Assembly (NCBI GenBank): GCA_963845755.1
Contig: CAWJTV010000028.1
Span: 352,001 to 416,000, forward strand
Source of the DNA: an uncultured Planctomycetota bacterium
Lineage (GTDB): Bacteria > Planctomycetota > Planctomycetia > Isosphaerales > Isosphaeraceae
Length of the DNA: 64,000 nt
Reading direction: 5' to 3'
The notes beneath the pieces are model-generated. The model was not told where the DNA came from and did no database searches. It saw only the letters and a program-made list of their open reading frames with translations. Each line of letters opens with the position of its first letter. The stretch's first letter is position 1. A program made the position numbers and the translations under genes. Positions 10,134 through 21,907 of this stretch are shown here, piece by piece.

Positions 10134-12707
10134 TCACATCCGGTGTTCCTTCATCGCCTCGCGACCCGATCCCCAGGTGTGGGTGTGGACGCTCTCGGTC
10201 CATCGGGATTGGAGGGTGATCTGTCGGCTGGAACCGCGCGTCAAGACCGAAGCGAGCACGACCACTCCCAGTGTCAGGAACCACGCCCTCCGCCACCACG
10301 ATGGCCAGCCCAAGATGAGATGGTCGGACGAGAGGACGATCATCCACGGCGGGAAGAACCAGAGGATCAGTCCCAGAAAGATCCCGAATCCGGTCAGGCC
10401 GAGGCCACGCACGAAGCCCGCCGGGCGGTAGGTGAAGACGATCTTGTGATTCCCCGCCGGCAGATAGACCGCCCGAAAGGCGATGTAGGCCGGCCAGATC
10501 GGTACGGACTGGCCGTCGACGGTCGCCGACCAACCGGGGTCGAACGTGTCGGCCAGGACGAGATAAGCCGGCATCGCCGCCTCGGTCTCGGCAACGACCT
10601 GCTCGGGAAGATCCTCGATGATCCGGGCAGTGCCCGAGACCGTGGCGCCGGTCGGAAGAGGACGCGAGGGGTCTTCCACGACCACGTGATCGCGGAGTCG
10701 GGCTCCCAGGCGGATCGTCGCGATGGCCGCCTGCTGGAGGTCATCCGCATAAGCCGGGTTCCCGACCAATCGCGCCCGCGGCAGGGCACGGGCATTACGA
10801 TGAATGAACGCGGTTCCGACTTGCACCGCCGGCAGATGGCGGTATTTCATCCGCAACTCGGGGTTACGACCGGTGACGATGTGTGAGGTACTCTCGAGAT
10901 CGTGCCGCCAGGGATAATCCTGGGTGATTTGTTCGAACACATGCAATCGCTGAGAACGCATCGGCGTGTTCCCCTTCGAAGCCAGCACGTGCCAGACCGA
11001 CGGGAGACTCCAATCCAGGGGATCTCGGACCGGGAGGAAGTTCACCCGTTCGGAGGCGTAGCCTGGCTCGCCGGCGGACTTGTCGCCGATCCCGAAGACG
11101 CGGATCAAGCTCTGGTCGGACTTCAAGCGTTGCACGGACTCGGGGGCTGCGGTCCAGTACCGCGGCTCGGCTGTGGGGACATCGAACCAGTGGGCACCCA
11201 GCAGATCGGCCATGACCAGGAGCGGAAGCAACGCCGCCCATCGTGCGCGGCGAGACGAAGCGGTCGACCGCGTCGCACTCCACGCGATCCACCATCCCAG
11301 CGCGACCACGATGCCGGTCCGGATCGTCGAACGGAACAACTCGCGGCCCAGCCAGCGATAGCGGTCGAGGTGATACGGGAGGGTCCATCGTTTCGGGTCT
11401 GTCCAGACCGGGTGATAGATATAAATCATGATTGGGATCGATACGCTGACCAGCACGCCGGCCAGAATCATCGCGCCGCGGAGCGACACCGCGCCGGGCC
11501 GCCCGAGCCGTTCGACGCCGACGGCCGCCAATGCGGCCACCCCCAGAGAGACCCAGAGGCTGAACCGCACCGGCTCGCGCGAGCTGCCCAACACGGGGAT
11601 CAGGTTCGCCTGGTCGAAGAGGAAGGTGAACTTTCCCAGCATCAGGATCGCGCCGAGGCCCACCAGAAATACCCAGAAACTCGCCCAGCGATCGCGCGTA
11701 GCCACCCCTCCGGCACCGACGACCGCCAGGGCCATCGCGATCAGGCCGAGGTAGGTATCCATCTCGTGGTAGGGATAGAAACCGTCGAGCCAGTCGGTGT
11801 CGCGTGCGCGGGTGCCGTATGCCTCTCGGACGACCAGGGTCGGGATCAACTCGGGGTGCCACGAGCCAAAGACCAGGTCCCTCCAGGAGAGGCCCCCGGC
11901 ACGGGGCGAGCGATCGAGCAGCTCCTTCGACGGGACCCACTGCACCGCGGAGATGAGCACGCCCTCCCCGACGAGCACCAATGCCATGGTCAGGACGACC
12001 AATCGAGCCTTCAGGCCCCGCTCGGTCGCCGCTCGATAGAGGCCATAGAGGACGACCAGCACGACGGTGAAGAGGGCGTCCTGGAGGTGGCCTGCGAACA
12101 CCTGGCAGGCCAGGGCCACCCCCCCGAGCACCGATCCGCGCAACCGCCTCGACTCCCACGACCACTCCAGTCCCCAGATGACGAAGGGAAGGCTCGCCAG
12201 AGAATTGATCATGCTCGTGTGGACCAGATGAGCCCAGGTGAACCCCCCGACAGCCAGGATCGCGGCGCCAGACAGGGCTCCCGCGGGACCCACATGCCGG
12301 CGCAGCCAGCCATAAGCCCCCACGCCGGTCAGCCAGATCGAGAGCACGGTATCGAGGTTCAGCGCCTGCCAGGTCGCCAGCCAGGGATAGAGCAGATACT
12401 TGAGCGGATGGAGATATCCCGCCTGGCTCTCGCTGTAGAGCGGCAAGCCGCAGTAGAGGCCCGGGAACCATCGCGAGAACCGTCCCGCCCGCAGTTCCTC
12501 GGCGAAGAAGGCTCGGTAAGGATAATTGATCTCGGTGATGTCGAAATAGAACAGGGCGCGCCTCAGGCCGACGACGTCCCAGAAGAACGCGGCGATCGCC
12601 AGGGTCCAGACGACGAGCGCCAGCACGTCGCCCCGGCCCCAGGTGCGCCGCTGGAATAGCGCGTTCAGACGCTCGCTCGATCCGGACTCGGATTCTCCTC
12701 TGGACAC
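10134..12707 (-). CDS. YfhO-family membrane protein (GT-C-like)
   Basis: Multi-TM; GLPLYSESQAGYLHP, LVLADTFDPGWSATVDG...AFRAVYLPAGNH.I.F.YRP; probable GTG start 12707 just after the upstream gene's TAA. Confidence 0.82.
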   Translation of the reverse strand: MSRGESESGSSERLNALFQRRTWGRGDVLALVVWTLAIAAFFWDVVGLRRALFYFDITEINYPYRAFFAEELRAGRFSRWFPGLYCGLPLYSESQAGYLHPLKYLLYPWLATWQALNLDTVLSIWLTGVGAYGWLRRHVGPAGALSGAAILAVGGFTWAHLVHTSMINSLASLPFVIWGLEWSWESRRLRGSVLGGVALACQVFAGHLQDALFTVVLVVLYGLYRAATERGLKARLVVLTMALVLVGEGVLISAVQWVPSKELLDRSPRAGGLSWRDLVFGSWHPELIPTLVVREAYGTRARDTDWLDGFYPYHEMDTYLGLIAMALAVVGAGGVATRDRWASFWVFLVGLGAILMLGKFTFLFDQANLIPVLGSSREPVRFSLWVSLGVAALAAVGVERLGRPGAVSLRGAMILAGVLVSVSIPIMIYIYHPVWTDPKRWTLPYHLDRYRWLGRELFRSTIRTGIVVALGWWIAWSATRSTASSRRARWAALLPLLVMADLLGAHWFDVPTAEPRYWTAAPESVQRLKSDQSLIRVFGIGDKSAGEPGYASERVNFLPVRDPLDWSLPSVWHVLASKGNTPMRSQRLHVFEQITQDYPWRHDLESTSHIVTGRNPELRMKYRHLPAVQVGTAFIHRNARALPRARLVGNPAYADDLQQAAIATIRLGARLRDHVVVEDPSRPLPTGATVSGTARIIEDLPEQVVAETEAAMPAYLVLADTFDPGWSATVDGQSVPIWPAYIAFRAVYLPAGNHKIVFTYRPAGFVRGLGLTGFGIFLGLILWFFPPWMIVLSSDHLILGWPSWWRRAWFLTLGVVVLASVLTRGSSRQITLQSRWTESVHTHTWGSGREAMKEHRM

Positions 12708-12729
12708 GTTCGCGCCTTGTGCAATGGAG

Positions 12730-14493
12730 TTACGGTACGACGACCTGAAGATGCTCGATCTCCGCAGGATCACGACCGTCCGCTTTCCAGACCGTCGCGA
12801 AGGCCGGCCGCCAGTCGATTCGCTTCGCCGAGCGGATGAGGCGGGATCGCACGCCTGGCGTCTCGGCAGCCGGCCGCGCCCGGAATTCGAATCGTCATTC
12901 GGACGAACGATCAACAGCTTACCACGATCCGGGCCGAGCCCCTCAGACCAACCGGGGAACCGATTGGGATACATGGGAAACGGTATGCCCACGACCCGCC
13001 TCCCGGACACGAAGGCCATCCGGTAGACGTCCCAGTAGCCGCCGAAGACGTGAGTGACGTCGGAGGGAACCTCGAAGCGCATCGTGCGGTCGAACGGCGG
13101 CATCACCGGGCCTGATGGCTTTCCCTTCGGTGCGGGCGTCCGGAGACTCAGGTCCGTCCACGGCGACGGTTGGATCCGGACGACGACGCCTCGGTCGTCG
13201 AGATAATGGCGCGTGTCGCGGTACCAGGTGAATGTCCGCTCGCTCATGATCAGGGCGAGAAGTCCGGCGGCGATGTACGCGGCCAGGCGACCGGGAATCC
13301 CCCGGTGAGCCAGGCGATGCATCACCAGCCCGAATCCCAATGACCAGGGAATCAAGAGAAAGATCAAGTAACGATAATTATCGGAATTGAAGATATTCCG
13401 ATTGATCAGGAATGCGGCCACGATCAAGAGCGCCGAGAAGGATGTGCCCCGGGCGACAGCTTGTCGGGCCGGACCGCCGGCTCTGGCGGAGTCGACGAGG
13501 AGCCGGACGACGGCGACTCCGAAGCCGGCGAGGATCAGCACGGATGCCCATTCCCCCGCGCGCGGCAACCGCCAGCTCGTCCTGGCCCCCGACAAGAACC
13601 TGAGGAATTCACCGACCGACGAGTCGGATTCCGAAAAAGGATCGCCGGAAGTCGCTGAGTTCGGGGCCTGCGATGAGTCGAGGGAGACAGTTGAGGAACA
13701 TCAGCCGGGCGTGCTCCCGGATCGCCGCGGATTCGAACGTCGTGGCGAATTGCGAAGGATAGGCATCGTACGGGTCGACCCATCGACCGACCTCTCGAGG
13801 CAAAAGGCCGACTGCCAGCCCAGCCAGGAACACCGCGGCACGGATGATTCCCGACCTGGATCTTCCATCCTTAATCCAGACTAACACGGCCGAAGGCACA
13901 AGTCCGGCCAGCGTGAAGAGGAACATGGCATCGACGTATAGGCCCAACCCACACCAGACCCCCAGGGCTCCCGCGCGTTTCCATCCGCCGCGCGTCAGGC
14001 AGCCGTAGAGACCGGCGAACGCCACGGTATGCCATACGAGCGCCAGCAGATGTCCTCCGGTGATCCGTCCCGAAAGCCAGATCGTCCCCAGCGACGAGAA
14101 GACCAGCGGCACGATTGACCAGCCCGCAACTTCCGGACCGAACGTCTTCCAGGCCAGCCAGAAGGTCGAGATGACAATGAGCACCCAGATTATCGTCCCG
14201 CCGCTGACGAGGGCGATCGGGTTGGCACCCCAAAACAGGGCCTGGAGATACGAGGAGAACATGGGCAGGATGCCCATGTACGGTGTCCCCGGATAATGCC
14301 AATGCCATCGGCCATGTACTGCGTCGAGGAGCGTCAGGCCATCGACGGCCAGGTCGCTGTCGAGGTGATCCGCGGCGTTGAGGATCAGCGGGATTCGAAT
14401 CAGAACAGTCCAGACCAGTCCCAGGCCCAGCATCACCCAGGGCCACCAGAGACGCCGATCGGTCGTGGTCGCGGGCGGAGACGAGGTGCTCAT
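12730..14493 (-). CDS. Membrane glycosyltransferase-like protein (ArnT/GT39-like, GT-C fold); frameshifts near 13635 and 12873
   Basis: HLDSDLAVDGL acidic loop after TM1, many TMs, GGYWDVYRMAF; alternative frame ends ...IEHLQVVVP-TAA at 12730. Confidence 0.62.
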
Positions 14494-14522
14494 GGAACGC
14501 GGAACGGGCCCTCCACCCAGCC

Positions 14523-15080
14523 TCAGACGAATAGATCCGAAACGGGACAACGGAAACCCGGTAGCTCGGCAAAGTTTTCCAGGAAATCGTCCTCCTCGAG
14601 GATGATCGGCTCCTCCTCATCGGGGCGATAGACCGCCACTCGACGCTTCTTCGGATAAACGACCCAGACCAGCGAAACGCCGGCCTCCAGGTATTCGACA
14701 ACCTTCCTGAGAATTCCTGCCGAGCGGTCCCTGGGTGAGACGACCTCGACGGCCAGATCCGGCGGCACGGGGGGCAGGCCGTCGCCGATCTCGGACTCCG
14801 GCCAGCGGGCGTGGCTATAAAAGCAGACATCCGGGCCGCGAACGGTATCGGGCCCGCGCTCCGTCGCCACGGCCGACCCCAAGAGGCTATAACCGTAACC
14901 AGTTTGCCGGCCGAACCACTCCAGGGCAAACCCGATCTTGCTACAAACACGCCCGTGTTTCGGCATCGTTGGCGGCACTTCGATAACCTCCCCTCGGACC
15001 AGCTCGAAGTTCCCCGCTCCGAGGTCGGCCGCCATGAACTCCTCGGCGGTCAACAGCTTCGTCTTGACGGCGGTCGCCAT
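14523..15080 (-). CDS. Uma2 family (DUF820) endonuclease-like protein
   Basis: FELVRGEVIE...HGR, RGPDVCF, PPDLAVEVVSP, YLEAGVSLVWVVYP. Confidence 0.92.
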   Translation of the reverse strand: MATAVKTKLLTAEEFMAADLGAGNFELVRGEVIEVPPTMPKHGRVCSKIGFALEWFGRQTGYGYSLLGSAVATERGPDTVRGPDVCFYSHARWPESEIGDGLPPVPPDLAVEVVSPRDRSAGILRKVVEYLEAGVSLVWVVYPKKRRVAVYRPDEEEPIILEEDDFLENFAELPGFRCPVSDLFV

Positions 15081-15123
15081 GAGTCACCCCTCGAACCTTC
15101 GCGTGGATCTCGAACCCCAAGCG

Positions 15124-16917
15124 TCACACCACTCCGGCCATGGTCTCGAGCTGCACGAGCGACCGGTTCTGTTCCTTGGCGAGATAGTCGCGGCCATACT
15201 TGATCCGGATATGATCCCAGGGGAGGACTTCCTCGATGGGCCGCTCGCGGTGGCTGTAGAACGGGACGTCGATCCCCAGCTCGGCGAAGGTCTCCCACCA
15301 GAGCCGGGGGTTGAAGTGCTCGGACCAGGCATCGAGCCGGGCCCCGCGGCGCCAGGCGGCTTCTAGCGCGGTCGCCACACGGCGGTCGCCTCGCGTGAGG
15401 ATCCCTTCCAGCATGCTCCGCTCGATATCGTGACACTTGACCGTCACCGATCGAAGCTTGACTTTGGATTTGAGGTACCTGTGCGCCCAGTGCAAGTATT
15501 CGCGCGTCTTGATCCCGTTCCACTGGTAGGGCGTGTGCGGCTTGGGGATGAAGTTGGACACACTGGCCGTGACTTCGGCATAGCGGCCGGTCACGTCCTT
15601 GCCGATCCGGGCGATGGTCTCGGCCATCGCAACGATGCCGTCGAGATCGGCGGTGCGCTCGCCCGGCAGGCCGCACATGAAATACAGCTTGACCTTCCTC
15701 CAGCCGCGGCGGAACGCCTCGGCGCAGCCGTCGTAGAGGTCCTGGTTGTCGATCGGCTTGCGGATCTGCTCGCGCATGTCATCGCGCGCGACCTCGGGGG
15801 CAAGGGTGAGGCCGCTCCGCCGTCCTTCGGCCAGCAGAGCGGGGATCTTCTTCAAGGTTTCGGTGATTCGCAGGCTGGGGAGCGAGATCTTCACTCCCAG
15901 CGGCGTGAAGACCTCGCTCATGCGGGTCACCAGCTCCTCGAAGTTCGGATAATCGCTGGTCGAGAGAGAGAGAAGACTGATCTCGTCGTAGCCGGTGTTG
16001 TTGTAGCTCTCGAGTGCGGCCTGGACGATCGTCTCGACCGTGCGATACCGAAGAGGCCGCTTGATCACCGTGCTCTGGCAAAACCGGCACTGCCAGGGAC
16101 ATCCGCGCATGATCTCGATGGCGATCCGATCGTGGGTCGTCTCGACGAATGGGAGGACTGGACGGGTCGGTAGCGGGATCGCATCCAGGTCGCGGATGAC
16201 GCAGGGTTTGATCTCCTCGGGCACGTCATCGCGAGTGGGTCGGATCTCGAGGATCGTGCCGTCTTCGCGATAGATCGGCCGGTAGAACCGCGGGACATAC
16301 GCCCACTCCACCAGTCCGGCGATCCGTGCAAGCTTGTCGGCCCGCGACAGATCCGAGCCCTGCATGCCCTTCCACAGCTCGGTGACGACAGGCAGGCTCG
16401 GCTCACCGTCGCCGATGACGAACAGGTCGATATAAGGGGCGAGCAGCTCGGGATTCTGTGCGCCTGGGCCGCCGGCAATGACCAGCGTGTCGTCCGGGCC
16501 GCGGTCCTCGGCGTGGAGCGAGATGCCTCCCAGGTCGAGCATCGTCAGGACGTTCGTATAGCAGATCTCGTACTGGAGGGAGAAGCCCACGACGTCGAAC
16601 CGATTCAACGGCGTGAACGTCTCCAGGCTGTACATCGGGAGACCGTGACGTCGCAGTGCATCCTCGAAATCGATCAAGGGCGTAAACGCCCGCTCGCATG
16701 CCCAACCCTGATCGTTCATCAAACTATAGAGCACCTGGAGCCCGTGGTGGCTCATTCCCAGTGCATAGGTGTCGGGGAAGGCCAGGCAAACGGTCCCGCG
16801 TACGGTCCCGTGGTCCTTGACCACGCTGTTCAACTCGCCGCCCGTGTACTGCCCGGGAGTCCGAACATTAGGCAAGATCCGAGAAACGACATGGTCTTTC
16901 AATTCCTGGTTCAACAT
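15124..16917 (-). CDS. TIGR03960-family B12-binding radical SAM protein
   Basis: PGQYTGGELNS, FPDTYALGMSHHG, CxxxCxxC (RGCPWQCRFCQ), FIPKPHTPYQW. Confidence 0.9.
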   Translation of the reverse strand: MLNQELKDHVVSRILPNVRTPGQYTGGELNSVVKDHGTVRGTVCLAFPDTYALGMSHHGLQVLYSLMNDQGWACERAFTPLIDFEDALRRHGLPMYSLETFTPLNRFDVVGFSLQYEICYTNVLTMLDLGGISLHAEDRGPDDTLVIAGGPGAQNPELLAPYIDLFVIGDGEPSLPVVTELWKGMQGSDLSRADKLARIAGLVEWAYVPRFYRPIYREDGTILEIRPTRDDVPEEIKPCVIRDLDAIPLPTRPVLPFVETTHDRIAIEIMRGCPWQCRFCQSTVIKRPLRYRTVETIVQAALESYNNTGYDEISLLSLSTSDYPNFEELVTRMSEVFTPLGVKISLPSLRITETLKKIPALLAEGRRSGLTLAPEVARDDMREQIRKPIDNQDLYDGCAEAFRRGWRKVKLYFMCGLPGERTADLDGIVAMAETIARIGKDVTGRYAEVTASVSNFIPKPHTPYQWNGIKTREYLHWAHRYLKSKVKLRSVTVKCHDIERSMLEGILTRGDRRVATALEAAWRRGARLDAWSEHFNPRLWWETFAELGIDVPFYSHRERPIEEVLPWDHIRIKYGRDYLAKEQNRSLVQLETMAGVV

Positions 16918-17259
16918 GGCGATCCGACTTTCGAGGCGAGGGGCAACCATCCCGATCCCGCCGCATGTTGCGCCGGGCGATAACGAGGTCGGGCATTCGG
17001 GGCGGTCAGAGCGACCGTGGGATATCCCCTGCATCTTAACCGGACAGGCGGATTGTGACCAGTTGGTCAACGATTGAAGCGGTCGGACGTGACGCGGGCC
17101 GTCGAAAGCTCAATCCGCGCGTTCGAGGAGCATGCCAATGTCCTGAGACTCGATGGTCCAGCCCGAACTGAGGCATGCCATGGCGACAGGGCCGCTGATC
17201 TCAATGGACGCCAGGGATCGCATGAATCTCGCCTCGTCGCTTCCGCGGTCCTGCCGCTC

Positions 17260-18483
17260 TCACGGCGAGCTCCCGTCCCGCCGGTGGAGCTTCCCCGCCA
17301 GGGTCTTCAGGTCACCTTCGACAAGGTTGCCTTCGGGGTCGATCAACAGGACGATGGAGACGCCGCTGCCTTCGAGACCGAATCGCTCGTACGTCTGGAA
17401 CGTGTTGTCCAGCAGGACGGGGAACGGCAGGTCTTTACCACCCCAGACGGATTTCTTGACCGCCGCGATGTGTTTCTCGAGCGCCGGGATGCTCTTGAGC
17501 GTCTCGCTGAAGTCACAGCAGAACGCCAGGATCTCAAACCGGTCCTGCTGTCCTTTGTGGGCTTCATAGAACGCCATCAGTTCCGGCAGCTCCTTGCCCA
17601 GACACGGAGCACAGTCGGGCCCCCAGAAATAGAGAACGACCCACTTGCCTCGGAAGTCGGAGAGCTTGGCGTTCTTCGCAACCCCTTTCGCGTCGGTGAG
17701 GTGCCAGGCAGGAGGCTTCTTGCCGAAGTTCTCCTTGTAGTTGGCCCATGTCCCGCGCACCTTGGAACGAGCGATGAGGTCGGATACTCCGAGGTGAGGT
17801 CGCAGCACCAACGCTCCAAGATCGACCTCCTTCTGACCGACCGCAACGGTGATCGTCCGATCCTCGATGGTGGTGGCCGGCGGCTCATCGCTGGATGCGC
17901 GGATTTCCCAGGCACCCGGCGGAACGAGGAATGAGAAGCGGTTCTGGTAACTGCCGCAAATCGCCATGCGCTGGGAGAGCAGGGGGGCATTCTCGTTATA
18001 TGGCGTGTTGAGATACACGCAAGACCACTTAATCGGACCTTCCGCACCCGAGAGTCGCGTTGTGCCAATGACTCGGACGAGCGGCTGCAAGCGAACCTCG
18101 ACGGGCGCCTCAGGGCGCTTGGGGTCGAATACGATCCGTGCGCCGTGGCGGCGCTCGCGGTCGTAAACCAGCAGCGAGTTCTTGCGCTCGGGTGCGGGAA
18201 TCGAGAACCGGCCGTCGGCGTCGGTCACTACGCGGGTCCCGCTCCATGGCTCCATCTTTCCCTCGTTCTGCCAGAGCCTCTCTGGTTCAGCGCCGCGCGA
18301 GGCGACGACCTGATCCCAGTCCATCCCGTTCGCTCCCCAGAACGCGGAGACGCTGGCCCCGGCCACCGGACGACCCGCTTCATCCAGCACACGCCCATTG
18401 ACCCGATTGGCCGCGTCTTCGGCCGAAACACCCGAGGTGGCCAACAAGACCAGAACAACGCTGGCTCGGTTTTGAGGGACCAT
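17260..18483 (-). CDS. Secreted carboxypeptidase-regulatory-like + TlpA/redoxin domain protein
   Basis: Signal peptide; GRVLDEAGRPVAGA; C-terminal GKWVVLYFWGPDCAPC thioredoxin-like motif. Confidence 0.82.
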   Translation of the reverse strand: MVPQNRASVVLVLLATSGVSAEDAANRVNGRVLDEAGRPVAGASVSAFWGANGMDWDQVVASRGAEPERLWQNEGKMEPWSGTRVVTDADGRFSIPAPERKNSLLVYDRERRHGARIVFDPKRPEAPVEVRLQPLVRVIGTTRLSGAEGPIKWSCVYLNTPYNENAPLLSQRMAICGSYQNRFSFLVPPGAWEIRASSDEPPATTIEDRTITVAVGQKEVDLGALVLRPHLGVSDLIARSKVRGTWANYKENFGKKPPAWHLTDAKGVAKNAKLSDFRGKWVVLYFWGPDCAPCLGKELPELMAFYEAHKGQQDRFEILAFCCDFSETLKSIPALEKHIAAVKKSVWGGKDLPFPVLLDNTFQTYERFGLEGSGVSIVLLIDPEGNLVEGDLKTLAGKLHRRDGSSP

Positions 18484-18689
18484 GATCCTTTTCCTCGCTC
18501 CATGACACTTGTGGCAGACCTTCATCTTACAAGTGTCCCGTTACGCTATCAAGCTTTCGTACTCGCTGGCAACCTTGGGCGCGGTCGAGGCGTGCTGGCC
18601 GGTATCCCTTGACTCCTATAGAATGGAATGCGAGCCCGACTGATTCCGGCCGCCCGAATCGCGACTGCTGACAAAAGGAGGATCCGGAT

Positions 18690-18950
18690 AAGTCTCTCGA
18701 TTACCGAAGCTCTGGAACAGGTCGACTTGGAGCCAGGACAGATCTACAGTTGTCAGGTCAAGGGACACTGGATTGAGCTACGAGTATTGCCGCCGGATTT
18801 GAACCGAACTCGTATCAGATCGACGAATCCGACATCATGCTGGATTCGTGGGTGGAGCAACCTCGGCCGAGATGAAGGATCTGCGTGCGAGCGAGGCGAG
18901 GCACTCTGCCACTGCCGAATGCCCCTGAAATCCCCTCGGACAATCACTGA
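18690..18950 (+). pseudogene. Degraded small hypothetical gene
   Basis: SLSITEALEQVDLEPGQIYSCQVKGHWIELRVL continues in another frame as IDESDIMLDSWVEQPRP followed by an in-frame TGA. Confidence 0.35.
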
Positions 18951-18959
18951 CGAATCTCC

Positions 18960-20055
18960 ATGAATAATCGAATGAATCGCCCCCTGCTGGCCTTGACGAT
19001 GGGCGACGTGGCCGGCATCGGTCCCGAGGTGATCGCGCGCGGATGGCTTGACCCTCGACTTCATGCCCTGGCCAAGATGATCGTGATCGGCGATCCCGGC
19101 GTGATGAGTCGCGCGATCAACCTCGTCGCTCCCGATCGCACGATCCGGACTCAAGTGATCGCTGCGCCCGAGGAAGCCGACCCATCAACGCGGACCATCC
19201 CTTGTCTCTCACCCTTCGGCGATCGAACGGATCTTGCCGGCATCGAGCCGGGACTGGCCGATGCGCGCGCCGGCCGCGCCGCGTTTGACTTCCTGACCAC
19301 GGCCATCGACCTCGCCCGGGAAGACCGCCTCGACGCAATCACGACGCTTCCATTGAACAAGAAAGCCTTGCACGAAGCCGGAATTCCTCATCCCGGCCAC
19401 ACCGAGATCCTGGCCGAGCGCTGCGGAGTCCCCGATCACGCGATGATGCTCTATATCGAGACCGATTCGGGCGGATCGGAAACGGCGTCCGGACGGGCCA
19501 CCTCGGGTCTGGGCGTCGTTCACGTGACGTTGCACGTCGCGCTGCGGCGGCGTTTTCGACCTTCTGAGCCAGCAATCGATCCTGTCGAAGATCCGTCTCG
19601 CCGATCGGGCCATGCGCCCCCTAACCGGAGGCCGGCAGACGCGGATCGCCGTGACGTCGCTCAACCCTCATGCCGGCGAGGAGGGTCTCTTCGGCGACGA
19701 GGAGCAGACACTCATTCGACCCGCCGTTGAGGCCGCGCAACTCGAGGGTCTCGACGCCACCGGACCGCACCCGAATGACACCCTGTTTTACCACGCTCTC
19801 AACGGCGCGTACGACGCCGTCGTGGCGATGTACCACGATCAGGGGCACATCGCGCTCAAGACCGTCGGCTTCCAGCGAGCCGTCAACGTGACCCTCGGCC
19901 TTCCGATCGTTCGCACCAGCGTGGCGCACGGCACCGCCTTCGATATCGCGTGGAAGGGCCGGGCCGATGCATCGAGCCTGATCGCCGCGGTGAGGGTCGC
20001 GGCCCGAATTGTCGCGGGGAAAAAATCAGCACCACCGATAGAACCGCTGGTATGA
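18960..20055 (+). CDS. pdxA: 4-hydroxythreonine-4-phosphate dehydrogenase (PdxA family); frameshift near 19548
   Basis: TMGDVAGIGPE, GHTEILA, HVTLHVAL | LNPHAGEEGLFGDEE, AMYHDQGHI, VNVTLGLPIVRTSVAHGTAFDIA. Confidence 0.93.
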
Positions 20056-20597
20056 GGAAGGCCCCTTGAAGGGGCCGTTGGGTCGAATCGACGATCGCCT
20101 GACCTTGGTCTTCAGCCTGCGAGAGCTTTTCGCCTTCCAGTTACGCCAGCAGAGGAGCTTCTGATCCAGCCGGACAGCGCCGCCGCAATATCCAGAATCG
20201 CAGGAGCTTCGACCGATCCACATCCTTTTCAGCGGCGAGAGCACTTGGTAGCTCGAACACACGCCGGGAACGGCAGAGCCTTTAAGAGTCTCACCGCCAG
20301 AGGCGGTGGATTTGTTCTTGATTAAATGTCCATGACCGGTTCAAGTTGATCGTCAACGGAAGCTCGACACACGCCGTCGCTGGTATCGCGCGTCAAGCAC
20401 TGGACGGTGGCAAGACCGGCAACACGGGCAGTGATTACGCCGGGATGATCGACTGGACCGCGATCAACGGACCGTCGCTCCATGGTGAGAAGTTCGCGAG
20501 ATCCTGGATGAATTGGCTGCGACATCATTGAAGTCAATATGTGAGCTAATGGGCGACTCGATCCTCGACGTCGCCGCTCATGCGACACGAGAATAAT

Positions 20598-21882
20598 CTA
20601 CCGTCGCACGATCTCGGCCTCAACCCAGTTCGTCGCCATTTCCCCGGGCCAAACGGAGCGGACGTCGGGATCGGCCCAGCCGAGCTCGGGGTCGGCCACG
20701 AGCCGGAGGCGCATCCGCCGGACCCCCGGTCGTTCGATCACCTCAGAAGGTAACGGCGGGACGGGTCCGAGATCGAAGCGGCGGTCGATCGACTCGACAA
20801 CAGCCGGGTCGCGTTGGAGGAGGCCCTGACCGCTCAGGATGAGCGAGCCCGCGGGGAAGTGGCCCGGCGTCCCGTCGAATTCGATCGACAAGGCATGAGC
20901 CAGGTCGCAGGGGAGGGGGGTCGTCACGGAGAGGCGCGGCGGATTGCGGAGGACCCACTCTCCGCCGAGCGGAAGATGAACGGCCGGGGCATCGTGCGCG
21001 ACCGCGACCGGCTCGAGATGGATCGCGCGTGCGATCGTCTCGTCCCGGTTCGCGTCCAGGAGGGTCAGGATGGCATCCAGGCGGAGGATCGGGTCGAACT
21101 CGAACGTGAACGGGACGTGCGGGAGCTCGAGCTCCCAGGAGCTGGAAAGACCGACCGGCCGGACTCGTGTCTGGAGCACCAGGCGATGCGGGCCGTTGGT
21201 CGGAAAGTCGTCGGGAATGATCGAGAACCTGAGGTGGCCGCGCCCCGCAGTCCACGGCGAGAACTCTTCCAGCGCCTGCGCGGCGGGCGCCCAACACGCG
21301 GTGCGACCACTCCAGGTCGTTCGGGCCGACATGGCGCCCGTCGTCGGGGAGGAAGGGGACCTCATAAACCACGGAGATGGGAATCCCCGCATGAAGCGCA
21401 CGTGGGTAACGCCGGCGCGCCCTCCAGGTCACGGAATAACCGCGCCGGAGCACCGCCTGCTCCTCTTCGGCCACGAGCTGATCATCCCGCCAGAGACGCG
21501 CCAGGGCCCGCCCCGACGCAAGCCGGCGCGGCTCGGATTCACCCGAGCTGAAGATGCGGAGCAACTCCCAGGCTCCGGCGCGGCCGAACTCGGCGACCGC
21601 CTCGAACTGCTCCGGGGTGGCGCCGGGTTCTCCGAGTCGGGCGACGGCCTTGCGAGCCCGCCACGCCCAGCGGAGCCGGCGTCCACCGCCGATGAGCACG
21701 ACCGCGGCCAGGACCACCCAGACCGCTGACTTGGGCTCGCCGAACCAGGTTCGTAGACGCCTTGGCCCGGATCCTCTGCCACGTTCCCCCGGGCGCCCTG
21801 GCGAATCGCCGATCCGGGCCACTTCGGAAGTCCCCGCGGCTTGCGCCAGGACCGGCTTCGCCTTGCTCCATCGCTGCATCAT
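20598..21882 (-). CDS. Hypothetical membrane-anchored protein; frameshift near 21277
   Basis: ORF 20743-22119 frame (TM AVWVVLAAVVLIGG) joins ORF 20598-21401 frame (ALEEFSPW...WVEAEIVRR); GC3-rich codons. Confidence 0.6.
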
Positions 21883-21907
21883 GATCTCGGAAATCGTCGT
21901 GATGACG

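Noticed and set aside
10134..13595. 1153-aa ORF as a single fusion protein
   Set aside because: An indel near 12873 joins two genes; the alternative frame ends cleanly at TAA 12730 and YfhO has its own start at about 12707
14523..15080. Uma2 gene as part of a defence or restriction system
   Set aside because: No methyltransferase or other defence genes nearby; Uma2 paralogues are commonly scattered in planctomycetes
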